Notes under the pieces: generated by a model
The model's input: the letters and a program-made list of their open reading frames with translations, nothing else
Told to the model about the DNA's origin: nothing
Databases searched by the model: none
Part shown: piece by piece, positions 1-11,111 of the stretch
Position numbering within the stretch: position 1 is the stretch's first letter
How the letters are laid out: each line of letters opens with the position of its first letter
Translations under genes and position numbers: made by a program
Assembly: GCF_964204645.1 (NCBI RefSeq)
Contig: NC_134029.1
Location: 17,230,950-17,294,949, forward strand
Length of the DNA: 64,000 bases
Direction: 5' to 3'
Origin: Tubulanus polymorphus
Lineage: Eukaryota > Animalia > Nemertea

Positions 1-638
1 AAGATATGGGTTATGAATTATCGAATATATGTTTAGAATATGATACAGTAACTGATGTAAATATTGCTAACACAATTCAAACTCAATATAATCAAGGATT
101 TTCATTATTATATTGAAAAATTTAAAATTGTACCTATTAATGCAAATGATGAAATAATTAATGAGAATATTAACTACCCAAGAAGATCTATGAAAGGCAT
201 ATTAATATTTTTTACCATTGCAACATATTCTAATGGTGCAATAAAAGTTGATAATTATTATAATCCTGAAATATCAAAAGTAGATATAACTATCGAAGGA
301 ATAGCAAATAAAATATTTTGTCAAGGAATGAGAATGATAGATCAATGGCCAGAAATTAGACAACATTTTATGATTGAAAAGTAAAATCATTTGAAAATTG
401 TAATATCAATCAAATTGATTATTATACCGGTAATAAATATGCATTATAGTTAGATTTTAGAACAACAGAGGATAATTCATTACATGGTTCTGGGTAAAAA
501 CAACAAAATACTAAAGATGGAATACAATTATTCATGAAAAAGAAAAAAGGAAGTTTAAATTTCAAAATGCACATTTATATTATATCCGACGCGCAATTAA
601 ATATTGTAAATTCACAATTAGATAGTATTATGTTTTAA
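1..638 (+). pseudogene. Major capsid protein, 3' part (copy A), disrupted
   Basis: Collinear with the copy B MCP (LSNICLEYDTVTD...NYPRRSMKGILIFF...DAQLNIVNSQL); contains frameshifts and stops. Confidence 0.85.
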
Positions 639-891
639 GTGTTATGAAATATTAAAATTTTAACTTTAGTAAAAATTTATATAATAAATGGAAGGAGGTA
701 AAGTATATGAACGGATAAAAGCTGATAAAGAAATCAATGATAATTTATATTATGTAATACCTTATAAAAGAATAAATGAATATATTGGAATATTGTTATT
801 AAATGAATTAAATCAATACAAAGAATATTTAATTGAATGTAATAATGATATAAATAAAAAAGATAATATTAATGATAATATAGATAATATT

Positions 892-1005
892 CCTTCTACA
901 TCTAATAATGTTATACCTTCTACATCTAATAATGTTATACCTTCTACATCTAATAATGTTATACCTTCTACATCTAATAATGTTTTACCTTCTACACCCA
1001 ATAAT
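892..1005 (+). repeat. In-frame 24-bp tandem repeat (PSTSNNVI), about 4.7 units
   Basis: cct tct aca tct aat aat gtt ata is repeated; copy B has 3 diverged units at about 9547-9620. Confidence 0.95.
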
Positions 1006-1273
1006 GAAATAATATTAAAATATAAGGATAAAATAAATTATTTTGTGGTTATTGTAATGGTGAATTTTCAAACAATCCATCAAATTGGAATAAACAAATG
1101 AATACAGCTTCACATATTAATAATGTAATAGATCGTGTTGGTATAAGAGAATTTATAGAACACCCATTTACATATGTTACAAAGTTTGTTTCAAATAAAA
1201 AAGTAAATGGTAAAGAATTATATGAAGATTTATTACGTGATTTCTTATTAGCAGCACCTAATAAAGATGAATT

Positions 1274-1542
1274 TCGAGTTAATTAAGTCGAATTTCGAGT
1301 TTTATTTTCATGTCGAATTTCGACTTAATTAGTCGAAATTCGACTTGACTAACACGAAATTCGACTTATTAAGTCGAAATTCGACTTATTATGTCGAAAT
1401 TCGACTTATTAAGTCGAAATCCGACTTATTATGTCGAAATTCGACTTATTATGTCGAAATTTGACTTATTAACACGAAATTCGACTTATTAAGTCGAAAT
1501 TATGAAAAAAAATATCTCATATGTCACCTAGGGGCTTCCGTA
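1274..1542. mobile_element. Truncated non-autonomous DNA element with an internal 20-bp palindromic minisatellite
   Basis: About 11 units of aagtcgaaattcgacttatt, ending in atgtcacctaggggcttccgta. It is absent at the equivalent site in copy B (PNKDE-LDL-TDANE). Confidence 0.7.
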
Positions 1543-1882
1543 ACGATGATAATGAAAATATAGTTACAGGAAAGCGTATTGATAATAAAGATTATGTGGA
1601 CACACTTTTAGCGAAAGATAAAGTAGAAACTATTGATGATGCGGTAGAAAGGATGTATAAGTATAAAAACAAAACAACTATTGATAAAGATTCGGTAAAT
1701 AGGATGAAAAAGGATTATGATGAAGAATTCGAAGAAGATACGGTAGAGAAATTGAATAGAGAAATTGATAGAGTCTGATGATGAAAGTGATTCAAGTCCT
1801 AATTATTTTCATCTCAAATAATAATATTGGTTGAAAATTGTATAAATAGTATTTATTTTAAAAAATGGGACTTAAGCATTAA

Positions 1883-1995
1883 GGTACTTAGTAAGGTACC
1901 AAGTAACTGGTGCTTAGTAAGGTACCAAGTAACAGGTACCAAGTAACTAGTAAGGTACCAAGTAACTAAGTAACATACTAAGTACTTAGTTACTT
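1883..1995. repeat. Short tandem repeats (agtaaggtaccaagtaact-like) in the convergent intergenic spacer of copy A
   Basis: aggtaccaagtaac occurs 4 times with degenerate flanking units. Confidence 0.85.
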
Positions 1996-2003
1996 AAAAT
2001 ATC

Positions 2004-2612
2004 TTATTTTATAAACTTATATTCATATGGAAATTGAAGCCTCAGTAATAATTTTGAACCTTTATTATCCTTTAATTAATTCATATATTCATCATGTAAC
2101 TCAGTAGGTATTATTTGATTTTCTTCCAATGATTGTTGCGTAGATTTTCTATCTTTATTGTAGAATAAAACTAGAAATCTTATATTCTCCCTAAAATCTT
2201 GAATTGAATTATATTTTTGATTTAAAACCCATGTTGTTATCCCGAAATGTCTCCCAGAGAAAGCTAGATAACATAACTCACTTTCTCTAACTTTTGAATC
2301 ATGTAAATTTGCGCAATCATCTATAATGAATAATGTATTTGATCCTTCATAAGTATCAATTGCTATTTTAATACAATTATCTAAATTTTCTTTTACTGTT
2401 TTAGGATCTAATATAATAAACTTTTTCATCTTAAGTATATCTCTATTATATGTTTTATTCATTTCATAAGTAGGACAGAATAATATTATATTATCAAAAT
2501 GATTCTTATAAATAGTTTCTAACAAATCTAATATGAAATGTGTTTTACCACAATTGGTTACTCCAGTTATTAACATATTATGCGGTTCAAATATAAATAA
2601 ATCTTTATTCAT
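2004..2612 (-). pseudogene. FtsK/HerA (A32-like) DNA packaging ATPase (copy A), premature stop at 2076
   Basis: Walker A GVTNCGKT, Walker B FIIDD and the SGRHFG arginine motif are present; the C-terminus continues as in copy B. Confidence 0.9.
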
Positions 2613-3690
2613 TTATTCTTTTAATTTTACTAGATTAAATCCATTCATTAAATTTATCATCGTATCCTTTATATTTCACCAGAGAATACTTTTTTCCTTT
2701 AAGAGTTTTTGTTTTCAATACTTTTTCTATTTTGTATTCTATTTCATCTGGGTTTGGTACAAGTGATAATTCTTGCTCATAGAAATAACCTAATATTTCT
2801 TCATCTTTTAGATCTTCTAGTTTATAAACAAATGGTTTAGTTAATATTATTTTTTTGATTTTAAATATTTCTTCAGTAAAATTTGGGGTATAACCTTTAT
2901 AAAATGTTTTTCTATATTTAGATATTCTAACGTGTTGTCCTATTTTAAATTTAGGTTCACCGAAATCATGTGTAACATACGCTCCATATAAATTATTCCA
3001 AACTATTTCTGAATAATCTTCTTTTCTAGCATTTATTGGTTTCATATTTATAGAACTATGTTTAGAATTATTATAACCTTTCACTAAATCATCTAATATA
3101 TCAATATATTTATATGTTTCATTAGCAGTAAAATATTTCCACATTCTAGTTTTCAATGTTTTATTAAATCTCTCTATAATAGATGCTTTTTTATCTGAGT
3201 GTGTTGAAAAATAATCTACATCGTTATCAGATAATAGTTTTTTGAAATGTTTGTTATAAAATTCCTTACCTTCATCAAATTGTATCTTATCTGGAATAGC
3301 TTCTTTAAATATATTCTTAAAAGCATTTGTAACTTCTATTCCAGTTTTATTTTTGATTGGAATTGACCATGCGGATCGACTGAATATATCTATAACATTT
3401 AATATCCAGAAATATCCTTTGTTGTATTCCTCTAAGTTCTTCATGTCAATTAAATCTGCTTGCCATTGTTGATCGATATATGAAATCATAACTTTTCTTG
3501 TTAAATAAGTTTTATCCATTTACTTGTGGATTTGATATGTTGGTTGATTTTGTAACCATAATCTTAATTCACTATATTTTATATTTTCTTTATCGGATTT
3601 AATGTTATCCCATAATTCTGAAACGTTAGAATATGATACTTCACTTTCTGGGTTATAATATAACTCTCTTAAATATTGTTCTTTTTTCAT
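2605..3690 (-). pseudogene. Retroviral-type (rve) integrase with C-terminal chromodomain (copy A), nonsense codon at about 3520
   Basis: WQADLIDM / IQFDEGKEF / IIERFNKTLK DDE triad and YKIEKVL..YSLVKYKGY..FNEWI chromodomain; AAA-to-TAA change relative to copy B. Confidence 0.92.
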
Positions 3691-3696
3691 CTTATT

Positions 3697-4068
3697 TTAA
3701 TCAATTAATAATAATTTAGATTTAGTTTCAATGATTTTATCATTTGATTTATTTTCTGGTATAATAGGTTTATTATCATTGGAATCATTATTGTTATAAT
3801 CAGATTTATACTTATATTTATATATTACACCGGAGAATATAATAATTGTGATTAACCCAATTGTAATATATAAGTAATTATTTCTTCCACTATTAGAAGC
3901 ATTAGATGGATTATTATTTGAATCAATATCAGATAATTTCTGTGATTCATTTATATCAGTTAATTTTTTTTTCTTAGCTCTTTTTAATTCTGCAGATCTT
4001 TCACCCAATTCTCTAGCCCATTTAATTTGTTTCACGGATCTAGCCTTTTTCTTAACACCATCACTCAT
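3697..4068 (-). CDS. Polinton small basic protein with one transmembrane helix (copy A)
   Basis: Open 123-aa ORF homologous to 6544-6912; hydrophobic segment YLYITIGLITIIIFSGVIY. Confidence 0.8.
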   Translation of the reverse strand: MSDGVKKKARSVKQIKWARELGERSAELKRAKKKKLTDINESQKLSDIDSNNNPSNASNSGRNNYLYITIGLITIIIFSGVIYKYKYKSDYNNNDSNDNKPIIPENKSNDKIIETKSKLLLID

Positions 4069-4669
4069 TTATTTTAGTTAATTTTTGTTCTGATTCATTT
4101 TCTGTTTCACCGTTTGGTTGTCGAACGGCGCCATCTGTTTCGTTCTTACCTGATTTATATTCCATAGGCTTGATATTCGAAAATGTTATGACACCAGTAG
4201 AAATTAATGTCATAACCGATCCTAATTGGAATGAAGCGTATCCGATCCATTTTTGTAATTCAGTCATAACTAAGTAGTCATTTTTCAAATCACTATATAA
4301 TTTATTTTCATCATCAATTGACATTAACCGGTTACATAACTTATAGTAACATTTGACAATACTATCTGAAATAGAATCATTTATTCGAGCCAATCTTGCC
4401 TCTTCATAAATCTTAAAATATTATATTACTTTATCTGGTTTCATAGAGTCTAGTTCTTGAAAAGTAATGGTCTTAGTTAAAAATTGTTTACATTTACCAC
4501 TAGCAATTAGTAACTCAAGATGGTGTTTACAATGTAAATAGTATTCATAATCAATATTGTTATTGATATTATTTTCAATTTTGGCCGGAATATCCTTATT
4601 ATCACTAATGCCCAAATCATCTAATGTTTTTTCAATATCAATACTATTCTTACTCGATTTCTTTGACAT
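4061..4669 (-). pseudogene. Polinton hypothetical protein (MSKK..., about 200 aa; copy A), broken at about 4421
   Basis: The two ORF halves join to match 5943-6551. Confidence 0.8.
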
Positions 4670-4909
4670 TTATATTAGAGAAATTTAATAAGAAAAATAT
4701 TATAATATTTTAATACTAGCTAGTTAAGTTATTGATACTAAATTGACTAGGTTAGTTAAAGTTATTGTTTTTTTATTTGAATCTATTCAAAATATAAAGT
4801 ATTCTCTTTTTAAAAAGAATTACAAAAGAAAATATTAAAAATATGAGAATTCACTGGTTAGTTGAAGATATGTAATTTCTATTAAATTTTATTTGAATTA
4901 TATTATTCT

Positions 4910-5569
4910 TTAACCGCTTTCAATATATTGTTCATTATTCGGATCATTGTTCCATTGATCAATAAATTTCTTTGCCTTTGTTAACTGTTCTAAATATAAC
5001 TGTAAATCTAGTTTATTAAATTTTATTCTATTTTCTTTCTTTTCGAGTGGCCTTAAATTTTTCCAATTCCAAATTAGTTTTTTATTGTGTTCATCACTCA
5101 AGTTAAATTTAGATATCGGTAACACATGATCAATATGAAAATAATCTCCATAATTATCTATAATCATTTGACTATCGAATTGAAATATAATCCATGATTT
5201 GAGAAATTCATCTGAACAACCCAACAAATTAGATAGTGTTTCTGAATGTGTTTCTTTGTTGAATAATTGTCTTAATCTAGATCTTAAGCATTGTTTCAAT
5301 CTAAAATTAAGATCTGTTTTATATCTTTCTCTCATATATTCTGTCATATATTCATTATAAGCTTCTCTATTATCTTCTCGGTATTGTTTGGCATATAGTT
5401 TAATACAAGTTTTACAGCAATATTGAAAACCATCTTTGCCAATCTTACGCTTATTAAATTCTGTTAAAGCTAATTTATCTAATTCACATTTAGAACACTT
5501 CTTGTAGTATATATTTATGACACCAGTGTTATTTGTAATATTGATAGTTTGTGGTTGTTCTGATTCCAT
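4910..5569 (-). CDS. HNH endonuclease with N-terminal zinc ribbon, of the type common in giant viruses and phages
   Basis: KKCSKC...CCKTC, LLGCS..FL..WI..QF, NYG.YFHIDHVLP, NWKNLRPL...EN..K; intact 219 aa. Confidence 0.85.
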   Translation of the reverse strand: MESEQPQTINITNNTGVINIYYKKCSKCELDKLALTEFNKRKIGKDGFQYCCKTCIKLYAKQYREDNREAYNEYMTEYMRERYKTDLNFRLKQCLRSRLRQLFNKETHSETLSNLLGCSDEFLKSWIIFQFDSQMIIDNYGDYFHIDHVLPISKFNLSDEHNKKLIWNWKNLRPLEKKENRIKFNKLDLQLYLEQLTKAKKFIDQWNNDPNNEQYIESG

Positions 5570-5589
5570 TTATTATACATATTTTTTTA

Positions 5590-5848
5590 CTAAATTGATT
5601 TTAGAAGTTCAATGATTTATATCATGAATTATTTCAATCATTATTTACTAACACTTTTAATGTTTAAAAACTCACACAAATATGAATATTGAAATAATGT
5701 TGTAAATATATACTTTTATATTGAATAATCTGTCAATTTAAATGTTATTCATGGACATGATTATTTAAAGAGTAATAGGGGTAATGGGCTTTCAGGTTAA
5801 AGGTTGAATGGTCGAGTTCATTAAAAACAAATATTAAAAGTAATTTAA
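5590..5848. repeat. Inner part of the Polinton terminal repeat; direct-orientation copy of about 21556-21818
   Basis: About 260 bp of close match (aattgattttagaagttcaatg...agagtaataggggtaatgggctttcaggttaaaggttgaatggtcgag...aagtaatttaa). Confidence 0.9.
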
Positions 5849-5942
5849 TTTACCTTTAACTAAGCTAGTATTAATCTAAAGAGATACTGGTATCATTTTA
5901 TAATACTTATAATATTTTTCCTATTAAATTTCTCTAATATAA

Positions 5943-6551
5943 ATGTCAAAGAAATCGAGTAAGAATAGTATTAATATTGAAAAGACATTAGATGATTTGG
6001 GTATAAGTGATAATAAAGATACAGTTGTAACTAATTGTGCTCAAGTTAATTGTAATATTGATTATGAATAATATTTATATTGTAAACACCTTCTAGAATT
6101 ATTAATTGCTGGCGGGAAATGTAATCAGTTTATCGGGAAAATAATTACTTTTCAAGAATTAGATGCTATGAAACCCGATAAAGTAATAAAATATTTTAAG
6201 ATTTATGAAGAAGCTAGATTAGCTAGAATAAATGATTCTATTTCAGATGGTATTGTCAAATGTTATTCTAAGTTAAGTAACCAGTTAATACCAATTGATG
6301 ATGAAAATAAATTATATAGTGATTTGAAAAATGACTACTTAGTTATGACTGAATTACAAAAATGGGTTGGTTATGCTTCATTTCAATTAGGATCGGTTAT
6401 GACATTAATTTCTACTGGCGTCATAACATTTTCGAACATCAAGCCTATGGAATATAAATCAGGTAAGAACGAAACAGATGACGCTGTACTACAACCAAAC
6501 TTCAAAACAGAAAATGAATCAGAACAAAAATTAACTAAAATAAATGAGTGA
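5943..6551 (+). pseudogene. Polinton hypothetical protein (MSKK..., about 202 aa), in-frame stop at about 6068
   Basis: TAAATG start at 5943 is in frame with ORF 6168-6551; homologous to 4061-4669. Confidence 0.8.
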
Positions 6552-6912
6552 TAGCGTTAAGAAGAAGCCTAGATCCGAGAAACAAATTAAATGGGCAAGA
6601 GAATTAGGTAAAAGATCTTCAGAATTAAAAAAAGCTAAGAAAAAGAAATTAACTGATATAAATGAATCACAGACTTTATCTGATATTGATTCAAATAATA
6701 ATCCATCTAATTCTTCTAATGCTGGAAGTAATTATAAATTATATATTACAATTGGATTAGTAACAGTTATTATATTATCCGGTGTAATATATAAATCAAA
6801 ATTCAAATCTAATGATAAATATGATTCCAATGATAATAAACCTATCATACCAGAAAATAAGTCAAATGATAAAGTCATTGAAAATAAACCAAGATTATTA
6901 TTAATGGATTAA
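6544..6912 (+). CDS. Polinton small basic protein with one transmembrane helix
   Basis: Lys-rich N-terminus and LYITIGLVTVIILSGVIY segment; open in both copies. Confidence 0.8.
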   Translation: MSDSVKKKPRSEKQIKWARELGKRSSELKKAKKKKLTDINESQTLSDIDSNNNPSNSSNAGSNYKLYITIGLVTVIILSGVIYKSKFKSNDKYDSNDNKPIIPENKSNDKVIENKPRLLLMD

Positions 6913-6918
6913 AATAAG

Positions 6919-8010
6919 ATGAAAAAAGAACAATATTTTAGAGATTTATATTATAACCCAGAAAGTGAAGTATCATATTCTAGTATTTCAGAATTATGGG
7001 GTAAAACTAAATCTGATAAGGAAAATGGTGATATAAAATATAGTGAATTGAAATCATGGTTACAAAATCAACCAACATATCAAATCCACAAGAAAATGGA
7101 TAAAACTTATTTAACAAGAAAAGTTATGATTTCATATATCGATCAACAATGGCAAGCAGATTTAATTGACATGAAGAACTTAGAGGAATACAACAAAGGA
7201 TATTTCTGGATATTAAATGTTATAGATATATTCAGTCGATCCGCATGGTCAATTCCAATCAAAAATAAAACTGGAATAGAAGTTACAAATGCTTTTAAGA
7301 ATATATTTAAAGAAGCTATTCCAGATAAGATACAATTTGATGAAGGTAAGGAATTTTATAACAAACATTTCAAAAAATTATTATCTGATAACGATGTAGA
7401 TTATTTTTCAACACACTCAGATAAAAAAGCATCTATTATAGAAAGATTTAATAAAACATTGAAAACTAGAATGTGGAAATATTTTACTACTAATGAAACA
7501 TACAAATATATCGATGTGTTAGATGATTTAGTGAAAGGTTATGATAATTCTAAACATAGTTCTATAAATATGAAACCTATACAAGCTAGAAAAGAAGATA
7601 ATTCAGAAATAGTTTGGAATAATTTATATGGAGCGTTTGTTACACATGATTTTGGAGAACCTAAATTTAAAATAGGACAACACGTAAGAATATCTAAATA
7701 TAGAAAAACCTTTTATAAAGGTTATACCCTTAATTTTACAGAAGAAATATTCAAGATTAAAAAGATAATATTAACTAAACCATTTGTTTATAAATTAGAA
7801 GATCTAAAAGATGAAGAAATATTATGTTATTTCTATGAACAAGAATTATCACTTGTACCAAATCCAGATGAAATAGAATACAAAATAGAAAAAGTATTGA
7901 AAACAAAAACTCTTAAAGGAAAAAAGTATTCTCTGGTGAAATATAAAGGATACGATGATAAATTTAATGAATGGATTTTATCTATTAAAATTAAAAGAAT
8001 AAATGAATAA
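6919..8010 (+). CDS. rve integrase with C-terminal chromodomain, intact ORF
   Basis: LYYNP...WL..Q..YQIHK N-terminus, DDE triad and chromodomain; 363 aa. Confidence 0.95.
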   Translation: MKKEQYFRDLYYNPESEVSYSSISELWGKTKSDKENGDIKYSELKSWLQNQPTYQIHKKMDKTYLTRKVMISYIDQQWQADLIDMKNLEEYNKGYFWILNVIDIFSRSAWSIPIKNKTGIEVTNAFKNIFKEAIPDKIQFDEGKEFYNKHFKKLLSDNDVDYFSTHSDKKASIIERFNKTLKTRMWKYFTTNETYKYIDVLDDLVKGYDNSKHSSINMKPIQARKEDNSEIVWNNLYGAFVTHDFGEPKFKIGQHVRISKYRKTFYKGYTLNFTEEIFKIKKIILTKPFVYKLEDLKDEEILCYFYEQELSLVPNPDEIEYKIEKVLKTKTLKGKKYSLVKYKGYDDKFNEWILSIKIKRINE

Positions 8011-8609
8011 AGATTTATTTATATTTGAACCGCATAATATGTTAATAACTGGAGTAACCAATTGTGGTAAAACACATTTCATATTAGATTTGTTTGAAAC
8101 TATTTATAAGAATCATTTTGATAATATAATATTATTCTGTCCTACTTATGAAATGAATAAAACATATAATAGAGATATAGTTAAGATGAAAAAGTTTATT
8201 ATATTAGATCCTAAAACAGTAAAAGAAAATTTAGATAATTAAAATAGCAATTGATACTTATAAAGGATCAAATACATTATTCATTATAGATGATTGCGCA
8301 AATTTACATGATTCAAAAGTTAGAGAAAGTGAGTTATGTTATCTAGCTTTCTCTGGGAGACATTTTGGGATAACAACATGGGTTTTAAATCAAAAATATA
8401 ATTCAATTGTTAAAGACTTTAGGGAGAATATAAGATTTCTAGTTTTAATTTATAACAAAGATAAAAAATCTATGCAACAATCATTGGAAGAAAATCAAAT
8501 TATACCTACTGAATTACATGATGAATATATGAATAAATTAAAGAATAATAAAGGTTCTAAATTATTACTGAGATTACAATTTCCCTGTGAATATAAATTT
8601 ATAAAATAA
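8003..8609 (+). pseudogene. DNA packaging ATPase (copy B), frameshift at about 8240
   Basis: Walker A GVTNCGKT; after a small deletion relative to copy A the frame resumes with FIIDD, SGRHFG and RENIRF. Confidence 0.9.
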
Positions 8610-8616
8610 CTATTTG

Positions 8617-8990
8617 TATATCTATGTATTAGATACCCTAATACCTGATATCCCATTAGATACCCCAATACCTGATACCCTATTAGATACCTTGAATACT
8701 TAAAACCCCCTTTTTTAAAATAAATATTATTTATACAATTTTCAACAAATTTATTTTTATTTTTTCAACTAATATATGAATAAGTTTGAAAATAATAAAG
8801 GTTATTTATTATTACTGAGGTTTCAATATAAATTTAAAAAAGAAATATAATTTAAGGTATTTTAAAATAATATGTATTAGATATGTATTAGATATGTATT
8901 AGATACCCTATTAGATACCTTAAATACTTAAAACCCCCTTTTTTATTTACTATTATTTTATACAATTTTCAACTAATATTATTATTTGAG
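8617..8990. repeat. Convergent intergenic spacer with tattagataccc / tattagatatg repeats and a duplicated aaaaccccctttttt..atacaattttcaac block
   Basis: Repeat tracts at about 8620-8695 and 8870-8925; duplicated block at about 8700 and 8930. Confidence 0.8.
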
Positions 8991-9008
8991 TTAAATATAA
9001 TTAATATC

Positions 9009-9812
9009 TTAATCAATTTCATCATCACTCTCCAATTCACTATCAGACCCTAACAATTTATTTAAATTCTCTACCGAATTTTCTTCTTCAAATTCTCTAT
9101 TATTTTTATACTTATTCTTCACCTTTTTTACCGCATCATCAATAGTTGTTTCATTGTTATGCTTATTCATCCAATCAAATTTATCATTATTTTCTACTTT
9201 ATGTTTCATAGAATCTTTATTAGTGTTTGCTCCTAATATTTCATTTACAGTGTTTGATCCTTATATTTCATTAGCATCGGTTAGATCTAATTCATCTTTA
9301 TTAGGTGTTGCTAATAATAAATCTTCATATATTTTTTCACCATTTACTTTTTGATTTGAAACAAACTTTGTGACATATCTAAATGGGTGTTCTATAAATT
9401 CTTTTAAACCAACAGGTTCTATAACATTATTTATATGTACCCTTGTATTCATATGTTTATTCCAATTTGATGGAGCGTTTGAAAATTCACTTTTACAATA
9501 TCCACAATAATTTCTATTTTCACTAACATTTAATATTATTTCATTATTAGATGTAGAAGGTATTACATTATTACATGTACAAGGTATTACATTATTACAT
9601 GTAGTAGGTATTACATTATTATCAATTACATTACTTAAATTATTAACAACTTCACTTTTATTATTATCGATTTCTATTAGTTTAGTTTTATAATTTTTGA
9701 AAATAGGATCAAATATCAAAGCTATATTACAAGGTATTACATAATATAAACCATCATTATTTTCATGTGTAGCGATGTATGGAATATGTTTATATACTTT
9801 ACCTCCTTCCAT
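9009..9812 (-). pseudogene. Polinton zinc-finger protein with acidic tail (copy B), broken at about 9261
   Basis: YCGYCKSEFSNAPSNWNKHMNTRVH C2H2 motif; the downstream ORF 9009-9209 matches 1521-1778. Confidence 0.75.
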
Positions 9813-9844
9813 TTATTATATAAATTTTTATTAAAGTTAAAATT

Positions 9845-11091
9845 TTAATACATAACACTATTCAATTGTGAATTTACAATATTTAATTGTGCGTCAGATA
9901 TAATATAAATGTGCATTTTAAAATTTTTGATTCCTTTATTTTTTGTCATGAATGATTGTATTCCATCGTTAGTGTTCTGTAATTTTTTTCCAGAACCATG
10001 TAATGAATTATCCTCTGTTGTTCTAAAATCTAACCATAATGCATATTTATTACCGGTATAATAATCAATTTGATTAATATTACAATTTTCAGATGATTTT
10101 ACTTTTTTATTCATAAAATGTTTTCTAATTTCTGGCCATTGATCAATAATTCTCATTCCTTGACAAAATATTTTATTTGCTATTCCTTCGATAGTTATTT
10201 CTACTTTTGTTATTTCAGGATTATAATAATTATCAACATTTATTGCGCCATTAGTATATGTTGCAATGGTAAAAAATATTAATATACCTTTAATAGATCT
10301 TCTCGGGAAGTTAATATTCTCATTAATAATTTCATCATTTGCATTAATAGTTACAGTTTTAAATTTATCAATATAATCATATAATAATGAAAATCCTTGA
10401 TTGTATTGAGTTTGAATTATACTTGCAATATTTTCATCAGTTACTGTGTCATATTCTAAACATATATTCGATAATTTATAACTCATATCTTTATTAACGC
10501 TAGATATTACAATTTCATTTACAGGAGCAAATGTTATTTCGAATATAACATCTTCTTGAATTGCGTATTTATATAAAGGCGCATTATTATTTATCAATTC
10601 AAAGTCTAATGGAATTTTATATTTGATTCCATATATACTTTTTATCAATTTATCTAAGCATTAGTTAATATTGCGCTATTAGCTTCTGATCTTAATTTAT
10701 TTTGGTTTTCTGATTGGATGCCTTGAAATATCATATTATTTCTATTTTCTTTAGTTAACCATAAATCTTTATAATGCATAATTAAATTATAATCATCTAA
10801 TGAGAAAACTGTTTCTGGACCAATCTTTATAGTTAATTTTCTAATCAAATATCTCCCAACATTATCAACAACAGAATTATTATTATTACCGATTACTTTT
10901 ATATCGGCTGATAAATAAATACTATTTGGAACATAAAAAGTATTTTGTGTTAATCTCGGAATTCTAACATATAAAGTTTCATCGGGATTAATATTAGAAG
11001 GGTTATGAGTAATTATATGATGTGATCTTTCTGCTTTAATAGCATTAGATATTCTATGATTCTTAGAAGGATTGATATAACTCCCACTCAT
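9845..11091 (-). pseudogene. Major capsid protein (probable double jelly-roll), split at about 10650
   Basis: About 415 codons and beta-rich, with ITHNPS.I...E.L.VR.P, YKDLW, LSNICLEYDTV and YALWLDFRT..DNSLHGSG motifs that I recognise from invertebrate polinton capsids; context also fits. Confidence 0.8.
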
Positions 11092-11111
11092 TTATTTAAC
11101 AAAAAAATTAA

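Larger units (their letters stand above)
688..1778 (+). pseudogene. Polinton C2H2/matrin-like zinc-finger protein (copy A), frameshifted and interrupted by an insertion
   Basis: Starts MEGGKVY like 9261-9812. A frameshift falls at CGYC..WNKQMNTASH. The shared EFIEHPF.YVTKFVSN block is followed by an insertion at 1274-1542. Confidence 0.75.
1..5850. mobile_element. Polinton/Maverick-like endogenous virus, copy A (partial, runs off the left edge, inverted relative to copy B)
   Basis: Gene order is MCP 3' end, zinc-finger gene, ATPase, integrase, two small genes, HNH and partial terminal repeat. All genes except HNH are mirror-image homologues of 5943-10500. Confidence 0.93.

Noticed and set aside
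1274-1500. CRISPR-like array of palindromic repeats
   Set aside because: The units are contiguous with no unique spacers, there are no cas genes, and the context is eukaryotic.
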